A stretch of DNA of 64,000 bases from an uncultured Chloroflexia bacterium (GCA_963796365.1 CAWCLJ010000004.1:1229208-1293207); one strand, 5' to 3'; counted from the first letter of the stretch, positions 30,213 through 40,909 are shown. Made by a program: numbers and translations. Notes: generated by a model not told the origin, from the sequence alone.

Positions 30213-31484
30213 CTACGCCGTCGTGTAGCCCTTCTTAAAGAACCTTAGCGCCGCGAACTGGTTGACCGCCTGCTCCAGCAGCTTCTTATCCAGCGTGGCG
30301 TCCGCGCTCAAGCTGCGGGCCAGGAATACCTGCGCCATGCGCTGCCGGTCCTTCATGATGGAACGCGTGCCCAGGCCGCGGTAGGTCTCGATGTCCTGGT
30401 AGTAGCGGAACTCGAACATTTCATGGGCATTCAGCGGGTCGGCGACGCCCTTGGGCGCTTCGGGGGGTGTAAGGTGTACCTGGAGACGCCCGTCATGAGA
30501 CTGCAGCAGCCCGGCGACAAAGCTCCAGGCTGTCAGCACGGAAGGCACCATCGCCTTCATGCGGAAATTCTTGAAGTTGATATCGCTCTTTTTAACGGCG
30601 TCATATTGCGCCTTGTGTAATTTCGCGAAAGCTTTACCGGCTTCGGTAAGTCCCTTGTCCGTCCAGAGCTTCTCCCCCATCTTTTCCGTCAGCTCGCGGT
30701 ATTCTTCATCGAGCGAGATGCCGGTCTGGCAGAGATAGGGTTCATAGACATTGCGGTCGAGCTCGGGGTCCGGTATCTGCTTGCCGGTCTCCAGGCCTTT
30801 GAAATAGTTGACCATAAAGCTGCGGGCGCCCTGGGTCGTGATTTTTTCCGCGTGCGCGCCGACGTCCGGGAAGTCCTCGCCTTCTTTCAGCAGCCCGACT
30901 TTGGTGCACCATTTCCTCAAATTCGGGCCCATATAGGTCTCTTCCAACTGCCGGTCGAAAAGGTCGTTGGAGACGGCCATGCTGGTATTGGAAATCAGGG
31001 CGAGCTCCGTCCTCTGTTCCTTGGTCAGGTTGACGTAGATACGGAAGCCGTGGTAGCGGGAGACTTTTTTAGCTTCGTAAGCGTCTATGATAGCGCGGGA
31101 GCGGTGCTGGCCGCCCCATATCTTTAACGGTTTGGCGGGTATATAGGAAGTAATATATTCCGCGATGATATCATTAAATTCCCGTTCTTTTTCCGCGTCG
31201 GCTTTCATACGGATGAAGGTATTGTGCGTCTCGAGGATTTCACGGTTGTCGCGGAAGGTCTCGCCGCTTTCCGGGTTGAGCCGGGCGTCCAGGCTGACGG
31301 AACTGCTCATGGTTTTACCGGAGACGGCGCAGCGGATGTAGTAGCTCTTTTTAACGCCGTCCTGGAATACCGTGACCGGCAACTCTTCGGCTTTTTCCAG
31401 GGTATCTATTTTATCAAGGAACTCTTTAACGGTCTTTTCCACCGCGGCGTTTAACTCCGCGTTCTTCTCGAAAATAATTTTCAT
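30213..31484 (-). CDS. DGQHR/DndB/ParB-like domain protein (GGQHR variant)
   Basis: NREI...PLKIWGGQHRSRAI; GGAGG RBS. Confidence 0.55.
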   Translation of the reverse strand: MKIIFEKNAELNAAVEKTVKEFLDKIDTLEKAEELPVTVFQDGVKKSYYIRCAVSGKTMSSSVSLDARLNPESGETFRDNREILETHNTFIRMKADAEKEREFNDIIAEYITSYIPAKPLKIWGGQHRSRAIIDAYEAKKVSRYHGFRIYVNLTKEQRTELALISNTSMAVSNDLFDRQLEETYMGPNLRKWCTKVGLLKEGEDFPDVGAHAEKITTQGARSFMVNYFKGLETGKQIPDPELDRNVYEPYLCQTGISLDEEYRELTEKMGEKLWTDKGLTEAGKAFAKLHKAQYDAVKKSDINFKNFRMKAMVPSVLTAWSFVAGLLQSHDGRLQVHLTPPEAPKGVADPLNAHEMFEFRYYQDIETYRGLGTRSIMKDRQRMAQVFLARSLSADATLDKKLLEQAVNQFAALRFFKKGYTTA

Positions 31485-31784
31485 ATTTCAATTCACCTCC
31501 ATGGTGAGCGTAAAAGCATAATTTGCTTCAATTCTACACCTAACATAAAACACGTAGCAATAGCCACAAATAGAAATAGGGGCATACTTATGATGAAATA
31601 GGTGGGATTACTTACGATGGGGTAAGGGAGAACTTAAAAGTCAAAAGTTAAAACAAATTTACTTCACGCGAGGGTGGTAAACAGACTTAGCCTTACCCGG
31701 CCGCATTGCGGCCGCTCTCTCTATTAGCGGTAAGCTATCAGCATTCAGCTTTCAGGAATGAAGGCTGCGGCCCTCTCCGCCAGG

Positions 31785-32498
31785 CTATTCCCCTTTTTGA
31801 GCGGTAAGTTTTTCGAGGAGTTTAACCTGGCCGTTACGGTTAACGTATTTAAAGACATCCCCGCCGATGGCTTCAACTTGACCGTCCGGCATGACTTTGA
31901 CGCCGGAACCGGAAGCCAGCCCGTAACCGGCGGCTCCGTCGCCTTTAAGTTTGACAGCCGCCTGGAGCTCTTCCCAGCCGCCTTCTTCATCATGGGTATC
32001 GCAAATAATTGGCGCGTACCCCAGGCAATCGAAAAGCTCGGCGGAGTTATCATCGTCCGGGTCCGGCCAACGTACCCATTCTTTAGCCAACATGATAGCG
32101 CCGGCGGAAATCCCGAAGAAAGGTTTGCCCTGCTGATAAAGCTCATTGAAAAACCCGAGCATGTTTTTATCCCGGAGCACCTGCATCCCGTATTCCACGT
32201 CCCCGCCGGAGACGAAGATAATATCCGCTTCTTCAAGGATTTTCCTGGCCTTTTTCAGGTCGGCGCCTTTTGGCGCGATGACCGCGTGGGTAACGCTGCC
32301 CGCCCCCGCGCTCACAAAAGAAGAAGAAATAAACCCGAAAAAGTTTTTGTCGTCATCGCTGGCGGTGCCGGTATATGCGACGGCCGGGTCTTTAATGCCG
32401 AACCCCTTGAAAACCGCTTCCAGTAAAGGGTCGCCCCCTTTGCGGCGGCTGCGCGGGCCTCCGGCTAATAAATAGACAGGTTTATCATAACTTGCCAT
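31785..32498 (-). CDS. Peptidase S51 family (dipeptidase E / cyanophycinase-like)
   Basis: TASDD, IFVSGGD, GISAGA nucleophile elbow, THDE. Confidence 0.85.
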   Translation of the reverse strand: MASYDKPVYLLAGGPRSRRKGGDPLLEAVFKGFGIKDPAVAYTGTASDDDKNFFGFISSSFVSAGAGSVTHAVIAPKGADLKKARKILEEADIIFVSGGDVEYGMQVLRDKNMLGFFNELYQQGKPFFGISAGAIMLAKEWVRWPDPDDDNSAELFDCLGYAPIICDTHDEEGGWEELQAAVKLKGDGAAGYGLASGSGVKVMPDGQVEAIGGDVFKYVNRNGQVKLLEKLTAQKGE

Positions 32499-32677
32499 AC
32501 AACTCTCTCTTTTTATTCTACCCTTCAAAATGTGTTTTTTCCAGATGTATAAGCACGAAATACGAATATCGAAGCTCGAAATAAATTACCAAGATACAAA
32601 ATACAATAGCTAAACATATTTAAAAATTCAATGACCAATTTTTGAAAATTCAATGATTAAGAAATCTCCGATTAAGG

Positions 32678-32782
32678 TTCAATCAACCCCCTAAATCCCC
32701 CAATCTTGGGGGACTTGGGGTGGACGGGGGACACCCCCGTCCGCCTCAGGCGGACCGCCAGAGGAATTTCCTCTGGACTCTT
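32678..32782 (-). repeat. Family B palindromic repeat (reverse orientation)
   Basis: Reverse complement of the 22507 copy. Confidence 0.8.
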
Positions 32783-32791
32783 GTTTCGGAT

Positions 32792-34108
32792 TTAATATTT
32801 ATCTACATCCTCTTCGATATTTTCCCTGGGGAAAAGCGTCTTGGCCAAGGAGTATTTACCGGAATCTTCCGGCGCCAGCTGCTCCTCGTAAATAACAGCT
32901 ACTCCGGCCTTTTTACCGTAGACCTTGCGCAACTTTTCTTCGGCCTCTTTAGTCAATTTATCTTTGTCTTTCCGCTTGCTGACCAGGAACAGTTTATATT
33001 CTCCCGGCGCGGGCTGCTCCAGGCGGTACTCATCGATGTTTTTCAGCGCGCTGACTTCTTTATCGAGCTGGTTAAGGGTGACGAGGCGCCCCTGCGTATC
33101 GAGGGTAGTATTCGTCCAGCGGCCTTCGACTTCGGCAATAATCCAGCCGTCATTCCTGCCGCAGGCGCATTTTTGCTCTTTATCAAGCCGGGCAAAATCA
33201 CCGACATCGAAGTGGAGCATGTAATACCACGGGTTATCGAAGGTGGTAACCAGCATCCGCCCGATGTGAGGGTCGCCGTGCTCCGGCTTTAAGGGCTGGA
33301 AATCGAGCCGGCAGGACTTGATGTTCTGGTGTAATTTCCCTTTTTCACACTGCATCAAAACATAGCCGGTCTCGGTGCTGCCGTAAGAGCTGATGGCCGG
33401 GCACTTAAAGACTTTTCCAACCTGCTTGTAAGCGAGCCGGGAAGGGAACTCATAAGTAAAGACGATGGCGCCCGGCTGAAAAACTTTTTTCCGGTTATGC
33501 GCGATATAGCGGCTGAACTTAGCGAGGAGAGATGGATTGCCCTCCAGTATTACCGGTCTAAAGGCCTCCAATTCCTCGATCATACGGTCCAATAGCTGCG
33601 GGGTCCAGGCGGTGGGGTCGGTTTTTTCATTGAGGTAAAGGAAGCGGGCAAGCCGCCGTTTTTCCATGGGCAGGTCTTCTTCATCGGAGATAATGCCGAC
33701 GTTACGCGCATTCACCAGGATGGCTTCCGGGTGTTCCCCGGTAGCCATCCTGGCGGCGTGGGCATTCAACTGCCAGGAGGCTCTTTCCGAGTTGTCCCAC
33801 CACTCCTGGTTCCAGATATTGGTCACGCGGAAGGCATCGCTGGAGCCGCTGGTTTTAACAAAATTGATTTCGCCGCCAGCGATGCCTTTTTCAATGTCTT
33901 TATCCGGCGGCACGAATCCATTGGGGAAATTTTCCCGTATTTCTTTCTTGGTTATTACCGGCATGGCGGAAAACCGTTCGTCGATGCTGTGTCCGGGGCC
34001 GGGATCGAAAGCCTGCCATGACTTATAAGTACCGAGGTTTTTTATGGCATAATCCAGGATATCGCGCGACTTCTTAAGATATTCTTCACTAAAATAGGGG
34101 TGGTTCAT
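32792..34108 (-). CDS. Phenylacetate-CoA ligase (PaaK)-like AMP-forming ligase
   Basis: TSGSS, YGSTETG, VGD, CACGR, EGR. Confidence 0.8.
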   Translation of the reverse strand: MNHPYFSEEYLKKSRDILDYAIKNLGTYKSWQAFDPGPGHSIDERFSAMPVITKKEIRENFPNGFVPPDKDIEKGIAGGEINFVKTSGSSDAFRVTNIWNQEWWDNSERASWQLNAHAARMATGEHPEAILVNARNVGIISDEEDLPMEKRRLARFLYLNEKTDPTAWTPQLLDRMIEELEAFRPVILEGNPSLLAKFSRYIAHNRKKVFQPGAIVFTYEFPSRLAYKQVGKVFKCPAISSYGSTETGYVLMQCEKGKLHQNIKSCRLDFQPLKPEHGDPHIGRMLVTTFDNPWYYMLHFDVGDFARLDKEQKCACGRNDGWIIAEVEGRWTNTTLDTQGRLVTLNQLDKEVSALKNIDEYRLEQPAPGEYKLFLVSKRKDKDKLTKEAEEKLRKVYGKKAGVAVIYEEQLAPEDSGKYSLAKTLFPRENIEEDVDKY

Positions 34109-34143
34109 GGGATGCCTTTCTTTGTGAGTTTACAGTCTACAGT

Positions 34144-34278
34144 TTAAAGTTGTCGGTTGAGACTTACTTCTTTAATGTGGTCGCGGAGGGCTAAATATCT
34201 CACACCGGCATCGTCCGGTTCAGGCAGCCAGTCAAGAGCTTTAACAGCGGACTTTCCCTCTTTGGCCATCGTAAACAT
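34144..34278 (-). pseudogene. Probable gene remnant (44 aa)
   Basis: MFTMAKEGKSAVKALDWLPEPDDAGVRYLALRD resembles the N-terminus of a larger conserved hypothetical protein; GGAG RBS upstream. Confidence 0.35.
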
Positions 34279-34335
34279 CTCCCGTTCACGCTGTTATTCA
34301 GAAAAGCACTGATTATTAGAACAGGTTATCTAATA

Positions 34336-35751
34336 TTACACCGTTGGCGCACCCGTGTCCAATTGAGGCTGCGGCATGGCGATAGCTTTTCTGAACTGAC
34401 GGTATAAAGGTATGAGTAAACCAAGTATCAATATCAATGTAAATATATCCGCGCCCGGGAAAGCCGCCCAAACGCCGTTCAACCCGTAATAAGTTGGTAA
34501 AATTACCGTCAGCGGTATGACAAAGACCAGGGGCCGTGCGATGGCTATAATGAAGGATTCCAGTGCTTTACCGATGGAAGGAAAGACCATCTGACCTACA
34601 TTATAAAAACCAAAAAACGGCATGGTGATAAAGATGATTCTTGAAGCATTGGCGGCCGTGCTAATCAACGTTCCATCCCCGGTGAAAACCTTAAGCACAA
34701 GCTCCGGGAAGAAAAAGAGAAGGACAAATGCGGCAACACTTATTATCAGGGAATACAGGAAAGTAATATTTAATACCTTCAGCGCTTGGTTGAACCGTTT
34801 TGCGCCGTAGTTGAAACCAAGTATCGGCTGCATCCCCTGTCCCAATACCTGGCCCGGCATCATGCCGATCCACATGATACGCTGGAGAATACCGAAAGCC
34901 GCCAGTGACGCATCGCTTCCGTAAGCAGACATGCGGTTAACGAGGAGCAACGCCGCCCCGGTAGTTGCCACGGTTTGGGCAAACTGGGATATACCTATCG
35001 CGAAAATGGATTTTAGTATTTTTAAATCCGGCAAAAAATTAGCCGCGTGTACCTGCAGGTAACCCCTTTTGGCAACGTAAAAATTTAAGGCATAAAACAT
35101 GGCGGCTGCCTGCGCAACCAGCGTTGCCAGGGCCGCACCTTTGATACCCATGTGCAGCTCGACAATGAAGACCCAGTCCAGCAGGATATTAAGACCAGAC
35201 TGGATTAACATTGAAATCATGGCAATGCGGGTATTGCCTTCGGAACGTATCAGTGTAAGGAGGACAGACCATGTGATATTGAAAATAACTCCGAAATAGG
35301 TCACCGACAAATAGTCCCTGGCGTAAGGGAGCAAGTCCGGCGTGGCGCCGATGAGAGTTACCCAGAAGTGCATAAAAGGTAAAACCACCGCCATGAGGAC
35401 CGCGGAAAAGAGGATACTTAATGCAAGGCTGTTTCCCAGGGCGCGTTCGGCGCGTTGTTTGTCCCCGGCGCCGAGAAGACGTGAAATCAGGGAACCGCCG
35501 CCTATGCCCACCATCATACCGACACCCTGCGCAAACATCTGGAGGGGGAAGGCTATGGATAGCGCGCCCATGCCCAGCGAGCCTACGTAGCGCCCGATGA
35601 AAATGGTGTCTATGATGGCGTAAATAACCTGGGCTATCGACCCTGCGAACATCGGGACGGAAAGCACCATCAGCAGGCGTCCGATTTTATCGGTATCCAG
35701 GATGGTGCGGCCGCGAGCTTGGTTTTGCATCTGTTTATTCAACGTTCTCAT
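34336..35751 (-). CDS. MATE efflux transporter (MepA-like), copy 3
   Basis: DTIFIG, EGN, QPILGFNYGA, many TM helices. Confidence 0.9.
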   Translation of the reverse strand: MRTLNKQMQNQARGRTILDTDKIGRLLMVLSVPMFAGSIAQVIYAIIDTIFIGRYVGSLGMGALSIAFPLQMFAQGVGMMVGIGGGSLISRLLGAGDKQRAERALGNSLALSILFSAVLMAVVLPFMHFWVTLIGATPDLLPYARDYLSVTYFGVIFNITWSVLLTLIRSEGNTRIAMISMLIQSGLNILLDWVFIVELHMGIKGAALATLVAQAAAMFYALNFYVAKRGYLQVHAANFLPDLKILKSIFAIGISQFAQTVATTGAALLLVNRMSAYGSDASLAAFGILQRIMWIGMMPGQVLGQGMQPILGFNYGAKRFNQALKVLNITFLYSLIISVAAFVLLFFFPELVLKVFTGDGTLISTAANASRIIFITMPFFGFYNVGQMVFPSIGKALESFIIAIARPLVFVIPLTVILPTYYGLNGVWAAFPGADIFTLILILGLLIPLYRQFRKAIAMPQPQLDTGAPTV

Positions 35752-37168
35752 TGTTTACCGGGGCATTAAATTGTTCTTTAAGTGGAACCGGGACGGGAAT
35801 AACAGGCTTCCGGTCCGCCGCGGCTTTACGGAATTTAATTATCAGCGGTATCAGGAACCCGAGCGTCAGGAGGAAACTTAAAGTATCGGAGCCGGGGAAG
35901 GATGTCCAAACCCCGTTAATACCGATGAAGCGGGGGAGGATAAGGGCTATCGGTATAATGAAGAGCAGGGGCCTGACCGTGGTAATAACTAAAGTCGGCC
36001 AGACTTTACCGATGGAAGGAAACACCATCTGTCCGATGTTGAAGACGCTGTATAGCGGTAACCCCAGGAACATAATCCTGGAAGCATTGGTAGAGACTTC
36101 GATGAGTCTGGGGTCGGAAGTGAAGATTCGGATAATCGGTCCCGGTATGGCGACAAGTATCGCCAGAATCGCCAGACCCACGCCGAAGGAAATAAAAACC
36201 GTAAGATTGATGGATTTTAACGCCTGCCGGAACTTCTTTGCGCCGTAGTTGAAACCGAGTATCGGCTGCATTGCCTGGCTTAACACATTGGACGGCATTG
36301 AGGCGAACGTCAGGATACGCTGCCCGATACCGAAAGCGGACAAAGCGTCGTCGCCGCCATAATTATTGACAATCCGGACCAGCGTCAGCGCTGAAATGCA
36401 GGTCGCGATGGTCATCAGCAACTGGGACATGCCGATGGCAAAGATTCCGCGGACGATTTCTTTTTCCGGTATAAAGTTGCGCCAACTCAGCTTTAAATAG
36501 CTTTCGTTCGAGAGGTAATAACTTAAGACATAAATTAGGGACACGGCTTGAGATATAACCATGGCCAGCGCCGCTCCGGATACCCCCATCTTCAGCGGTA
36601 TCATAAACACCGCATCCAGAATTGTATTCAGCACCGATTGAATTATCAGGGAAATCATGCTGACGCGGGCATTGCCTTCAGCGCGCACCAGGGACAGGAG
36701 CACCATCCCGGTGATATTGAATACGGTGCCGGCCATTGTGATAACGAGGTAACGCCTGGCGTAAGGGAAGAGGTTCTCCGAAGTACCGATAAGCTTTAGC
36801 CAGAAGCCGGCAAAAAGAAGCATCACAAGGGTTAAAAACACGGAAAAAATGAACGCAAAGAAAATGCTGTTGCCCAGGGCGCGCTCCGCTCTCTCTTGTT
36901 GACGCTGGCCGATAAGCCGGGAAATCAGGGATGCGCCGCCCACGCTGACCATGTTGCTGGCGCCGAAGATAATCATCTGCAAAGGCATGATAATCGAGAG
37001 CGCGGCAAGACCTTCGGTCCCGACATACCGCCCGATGAATATCGTATCTATAATCTGGTAGATATTCTGGAGAAACATGCCGAAAAAGGTCGGCGCCGTA
37101 AGCTTCATCAGCAGGCTGCCGATGCGGTTGGTATCCAGCGCATTATTAATGTTGCTTTGATTTTGCAT
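35735..37168 (-). CDS. MATE efflux transporter (MepA-like), copy 2
   Basis: Same motifs as neighbours. Confidence 0.9.
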   Translation of the reverse strand: MQNQSNINNALDTNRIGSLLMKLTAPTFFGMFLQNIYQIIDTIFIGRYVGTEGLAALSIIMPLQMIIFGASNMVSVGGASLISRLIGQRQQERAERALGNSIFFAFIFSVFLTLVMLLFAGFWLKLIGTSENLFPYARRYLVITMAGTVFNITGMVLLSLVRAEGNARVSMISLIIQSVLNTILDAVFMIPLKMGVSGAALAMVISQAVSLIYVLSYYLSNESYLKLSWRNFIPEKEIVRGIFAIGMSQLLMTIATCISALTLVRIVNNYGGDDALSAFGIGQRILTFASMPSNVLSQAMQPILGFNYGAKKFRQALKSINLTVFISFGVGLAILAILVAIPGPIIRIFTSDPRLIEVSTNASRIMFLGLPLYSVFNIGQMVFPSIGKVWPTLVITTVRPLLFIIPIALILPRFIGINGVWTSFPGSDTLSFLLTLGFLIPLIIKFRKAAADRKPVIPVPVPLKEQFNAPVNNENVE

Positions 37169-37194
37169 GTTAATAAATTTCTACCATAATGTTT

Positions 37195-38646
37195 CTAATC
37201 GACCGGAGTGCCTCCCGGCGGCAGAACGATGCTTTGATTTGGCGATACGGCCTGGGCGATAACCGGCGCAAGCTTTCCCGGCTTTGGCAATTGCGCCGCT
37301 TTCGCGAATTCTCTGAAGACCGGAATAAGGAGCAGGATGGTCAAAGCGAGGGTTAACGTATCGGAAGCCGGGAAGGAGAGGAAGACGCCGTTAATTCCTA
37401 AAAAGCCGGATAACGTAAAAACCGAGGGAATCATGAACAGAACGGGCCGCGCCAGGGCGGTGGTAAAAGCCCGGGCGGCCTTACCGAGAGAGATAAAGGA
37501 GTTGGTGCCCAGCATGACGAAGCCCATAATCGGCATGCTCCAGAAAGCCAGCCTTGAGGCGTGGGCCCCGGCCGCTATAAGGTCCGGGTCTGAAGTAAAG
37601 ATTTTAACGATAGAGCCCGGGATTAGGAGCAGCAGGAGAAATGCCGCCGTGCTTAAAAGAGTCGACCAGATGGCGGCGATTTTAAAGGCTTTGATAGCCA
37701 GCCCGTGGCGTTTGGCGCCGTAGTTAAAGCCCAGTATCGGCTGGACGCCCTGCCCGATGACCATCGCCGGCATGGTAGCAAACATCATGACACGCTGGAT
37801 AATCCCGAAGGCCGAAAGATAAATATCGCCGCCGTAAAATTCAACCCGGTCGATAATAATCAGGGCGGAAATACTACCGGCAGCCGTCTGGACGAAAGAA
37901 GAGACCCCGATGGTGAACATAGGTTTCAATACTTTCATATCCGGGCGCAGGTTTCTCCAGCTGAATTTTAAATAGCTGTTTTTCGATAAATAGAAATAGC
38001 TTAAAAAGATAAAAACGACGGTCTGGGCGATGACCGTGCCCATCGCCGCCCCGGTAACGCTTAAATTAAAATGGATGATAAATGTCCAGTCGAAAATAAT
38101 GTTGAGACCGGCGCCCATGATATTGGCAATCATTGGCACGCGGGCATTGCCTTCGGCCCTGATATAGTTCAGAAATACCAGGCCGATAAGGTTGACAATC
38201 GTGCCGCTAACGATTATGGTCAGGTACTTCCTCGCATAAGGCAATACATCCTCGGAAGCGCCGATAAGGCGCAGGAAACCGTTAATGTTCGGCAGGATGA
38301 TGGCCGTGACGATGAGAGCGAGTATGATGACACAGGTTATTCCGTTACCTAAAACGTGTTCGGCTTTTTCATTTTCCCTTGCCCCGATAAAGCGTGAAAT
38401 AAGGGAAGTCCCGCCCATGCCCACCATCATCCCGACACCCATCAACAGCATTTGAACCGGGAAGCAGATGGACAGGCCGGCGATGGCATTGGCGCCATCC
38501 GAGGTATGTCCGATGAAAATCGTATTAACGACGCTATAAAGCGTCTGGACGAACATACCGAAGAATGCTGGCGTTGTTAAGGTAAAAAGTAAAGACCCGA
38601 TACGCTCGGTATCGAGTATATTGCGCGTGTGTTCCTGGTTTTCCAT
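37195..38646 (-). CDS. MATE efflux transporter (MepA-like), copy 1
   Basis: Same motifs as neighbours. Confidence 0.9.
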   Translation of the reverse strand: MENQEHTRNILDTERIGSLLFTLTTPAFFGMFVQTLYSVVNTIFIGHTSDGANAIAGLSICFPVQMLLMGVGMMVGMGGTSLISRFIGARENEKAEHVLGNGITCVIILALIVTAIILPNINGFLRLIGASEDVLPYARKYLTIIVSGTIVNLIGLVFLNYIRAEGNARVPMIANIMGAGLNIIFDWTFIIHFNLSVTGAAMGTVIAQTVVFIFLSYFYLSKNSYLKFSWRNLRPDMKVLKPMFTIGVSSFVQTAAGSISALIIIDRVEFYGGDIYLSAFGIIQRVMMFATMPAMVIGQGVQPILGFNYGAKRHGLAIKAFKIAAIWSTLLSTAAFLLLLLIPGSIVKIFTSDPDLIAAGAHASRLAFWSMPIMGFVMLGTNSFISLGKAARAFTTALARPVLFMIPSVFTLSGFLGINGVFLSFPASDTLTLALTILLLIPVFREFAKAAQLPKPGKLAPVIAQAVSPNQSIVLPPGGTPVD

Positions 38647-38713
38647 GTCGAGTTTCTTTCAGTAATTTTATTTCGCGGACCTGGTAACTTTCTGGTTAAG
38701 AGACGGCAGGTAA

Positions 38714-39199
38714 TTATTTCTCCAGTCTGAACAAAATATCGCTAAGATTTCTTAGCGCACCGGATAAAGTCTCCACTTCCTTTTCGGAGAGCGAAGCCAT
38801 GTTTTCACTGATAGCATCGATAACGAGTTTGTCCCGGTCGTCCAGGATTTTATGTCCCTTTTCCGTCAGGGTGATGTTAAAGGTGCGGCGGTCAACGGAA
38901 TCCGCCTCCCTTTTCGCGAATCCCAGCTCAACCAGCTTATCGATAAGATGCGTCATCTGCGCCTTGGCAATAAGCAATCTATCGCCAATTTTTGCCGGGT
39001 GCATCGTTCCTTCTTCTTCCAGCACCCTCATAATTTCATAATGCAAAGGCCGCAAATCTACCGCTTCATCGGCCTGGATAAACACGTTTAACCTGCGGCG
39101 GATAAGGCGGTTGATAAGGGGCGGTATGGAAAGCAAATCGATAGCTATCTTCCCCAGGTATTGTTCCCGCGTCCCGGCAATCTTATTCATCTTAATCAC
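38714..39199 (-). CDS. MarR family regulator
   Basis: LIDKLVELG..R...DRR...LTEKG. Confidence 0.9.
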   Translation of the reverse strand: MIKMNKIAGTREQYLGKIAIDLLSIPPLINRLIRRRLNVFIQADEAVDLRPLHYEIMRVLEEEGTMHPAKIGDRLLIAKAQMTHLIDKLVELGFAKREADSVDRRTFNITLTEKGHKILDDRDKLVIDAISENMASLSEKEVETLSGALRNLSDILFRLEK

Positions 39200-39248
39200 C
39201 CCCGGACATTATGGTAAATATGGTTAACAAACTAAACAGTTTAAATAC

Positions 39249-39275
39249 TATATAGTATATATTATATACTATATA
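39249..39275. promoter_or_regulatory. Probable MarR operator
   Basis: Perfect 13-1-13 palindrome TATATAGTATATA-T-TATATACTATATA upstream of marR. Confidence 0.6.
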
Positions 39276-39278
39276 ACT

Positions 39279-39818
39279 GTGAAAATCAAGAGGGCGCAGG
39301 GTGCTTAAGTAATAGTTATTAATCTCCAAGACCTCAAAGGCTTGAGGCGACTGGGGTACGCCCCCAGACCCCCGCCAGAGAGACCTCTGGACTCCGTGAA
39401 AATCAAGAGGGCGCAGGGTACTTAAGTAATAGTTATTAATCTCCAAGACCTCAAAGGCTTGAAGCGACTGGGGTACGCCCCCAGACCCCCGCCAGAGAGA
39501 CCTCCGGACTCCGTGAAAATCAAGAGGGCGCAGGGTACTTAAGTAATAACCCCGTGTGCAAGTTTTTGCATATTTTACCCGACCCCACTCTCTTGATCGT
39601 CCCTCCCCGCTGGCAAGGAGGGAGACAATCTATAATGCTGATTCAGCACTTTCTATTGCCCTCTGTAAACGGAGGGTCGGGAAGAGAGGTCGCTACTAAT
39701 AAATACTTGCACATCACGTTAATAGTTATTAATCTCCAAGACCTCAAAGGCTTGAAGCGACTGGGGTACGCCCCCAGACCCCTGCCAGAGCGACCTCCGG
39801 ACTCCGTGAAAATCAAGA
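39279..39818. repeat. Tandem 117-bp repeat, about 3 units, related to family B
   Basis: Units start at 39279, 39396 and 39513; third unit interrupted at 39549-39719. Confidence 0.9.
39549..39719. mobile_element. 171-bp MITE with TAATA target duplication
   Basis: Ends ACCCCGTGTGCAAGT / ACTTGCACATCACGT; TAATA at 39544-48 and 39720-24. Confidence 0.75.
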
Positions 39819-39906
39819 TATTTACGTGAGACTTAAGTCCTATATAAAACCTCGTTTTATGTTAAAATAAACACGTTGGCGCCGGTGATGAAAGGGGTTT
39901 GAAAAT

Positions 39907-40197
39907 ATGGCAGTGAATATGGCGGTAACTCATGTCCCGGGTAAAAATAAAGGTAAAGTGATGGTTTTTGCCTTAAGCACCTGCGGGTGGTGTAAAAAGA
40001 CCAAGGCTCTTTTAAACGAATTGGGAGTGGCGTACGATTTTACGGATGTGGACCAGTTGAAGGGGGCCGAGCAGGAAGCGGTCGTTGATGAAATGGGAAA
40101 GTACAATCCCGCCACCAATTTCCCCACTATAGTTCTGGGTTCCGGTAAAGTAATCATCGGTTTTAAAGAAGACGATATCCGGAGAACGCTGGGATAA
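39907..40197 (+). CDS. Glutaredoxin / NrdH-like protein
   Basis: STCGWC, FPT, IIGF. Confidence 0.9.
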   Translation: MAVNMAVTHVPGKNKGKVMVFALSTCGWCKKTKALLNELGVAYDFTDVDQLKGAEQEAVVDEMGKYNPATNFPTIVLGSGKVIIGFKEDDIRRTLG

Positions 40198-40727
40198 TGG
40201 AAGTCCAGGCTGAAGTAAGCCCGAAGGAAATAGAAGAGCTCTATAAAAAACTGGAGAAAGATACGGAAGCCTCTGGCTACCATCTCAACCCCGATACAGC
40301 AATGACGCGGGAGCTGCTGAACGGCTACCTGGTCAATCAAAAACGTTTCGGCTATCCTTCTTGCCCGTGCCGCCTGGCTTCCGGAAAAAAAGAAGAAGAC
40401 CTGGACATTATCTGCCCCTGTGATTACCGCGACCCCGACCTGGAAGATTACGGGGGATGTTATTGCAGCTTATACGTTTCAAAAGACGTTAAAGAAGGCA
40501 AAGCAAAAATAGAATCCATCCCGGAGCGGCGCCCGCCAAGGGCAAAGAGACTTGAATTGAAGCAGGAAGAGCAGGCGAAACTGGAAAGACCTGCCTCTGT
40601 AATTTCATCGCTGCCGCTGCCGGTCTGGCGGTGCAAGGTCTGCGGCTATCTCTGCGCGCGGGACGGCCCGCCTTCCGTTTGCCCCATCTGTAAAGCCGGT
40701 AAAGAGCGCTTCGAGCGGTTTATTTAA
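40197..40727 (+). CDS. Ferredoxin:thioredoxin reductase catalytic subunit fused to rubredoxin
   Basis: CPC, CPC, CYC motifs plus WRCKVCGY...CPIC. Confidence 0.9.
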   Translation: MEVQAEVSPKEIEELYKKLEKDTEASGYHLNPDTAMTRELLNGYLVNQKRFGYPSCPCRLASGKKEEDLDIICPCDYRDPDLEDYGGCYCSLYVSKDVKEGKAKIESIPERRPPRAKRLELKQEEQAKLERPASVISSLPLPVWRCKVCGYLCARDGPPSVCPICKAGKERFERFI

Positions 40728-40909
40728 CCTGAGGCGTAAAATTTTTTTATCCGACTCTTTCCTCATAATCTCCCTCCTCGTTTACAAGGAGGGAGACAAT
40801 AGATTAACGTATAATTCTCATTTAGCTCCTGGTATCGTCCTCCCCTTTGCCAGCGGAGAGGAGGATAAGAGGAGAAAAAGTCGGGTTTTAAAAAACTTGC
40901 TCAGGCGGT
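40727..40909. mobile_element. MITE related to 39549-39719, opposite orientation
   Basis: Shared GTTTACA, TTGCCAGCGG, GTCGGG, AAAAACTTGC blocks; flanked by TTATTTA direct repeats. Confidence 0.6.

Noticed and set aside
31758-32426. 222-aa plus-strand ORF and similar long antisense ORFs (48410-49207, 32720-33292)
   Set aside because: Shadow ORFs opposite genes with clear motifs
39279-39818. CRISPR array, or CDSs 39192-39446 and 39554-39829
   Set aside because: Units are near-identical with no unique spacers; the ORFs are translations of repeats
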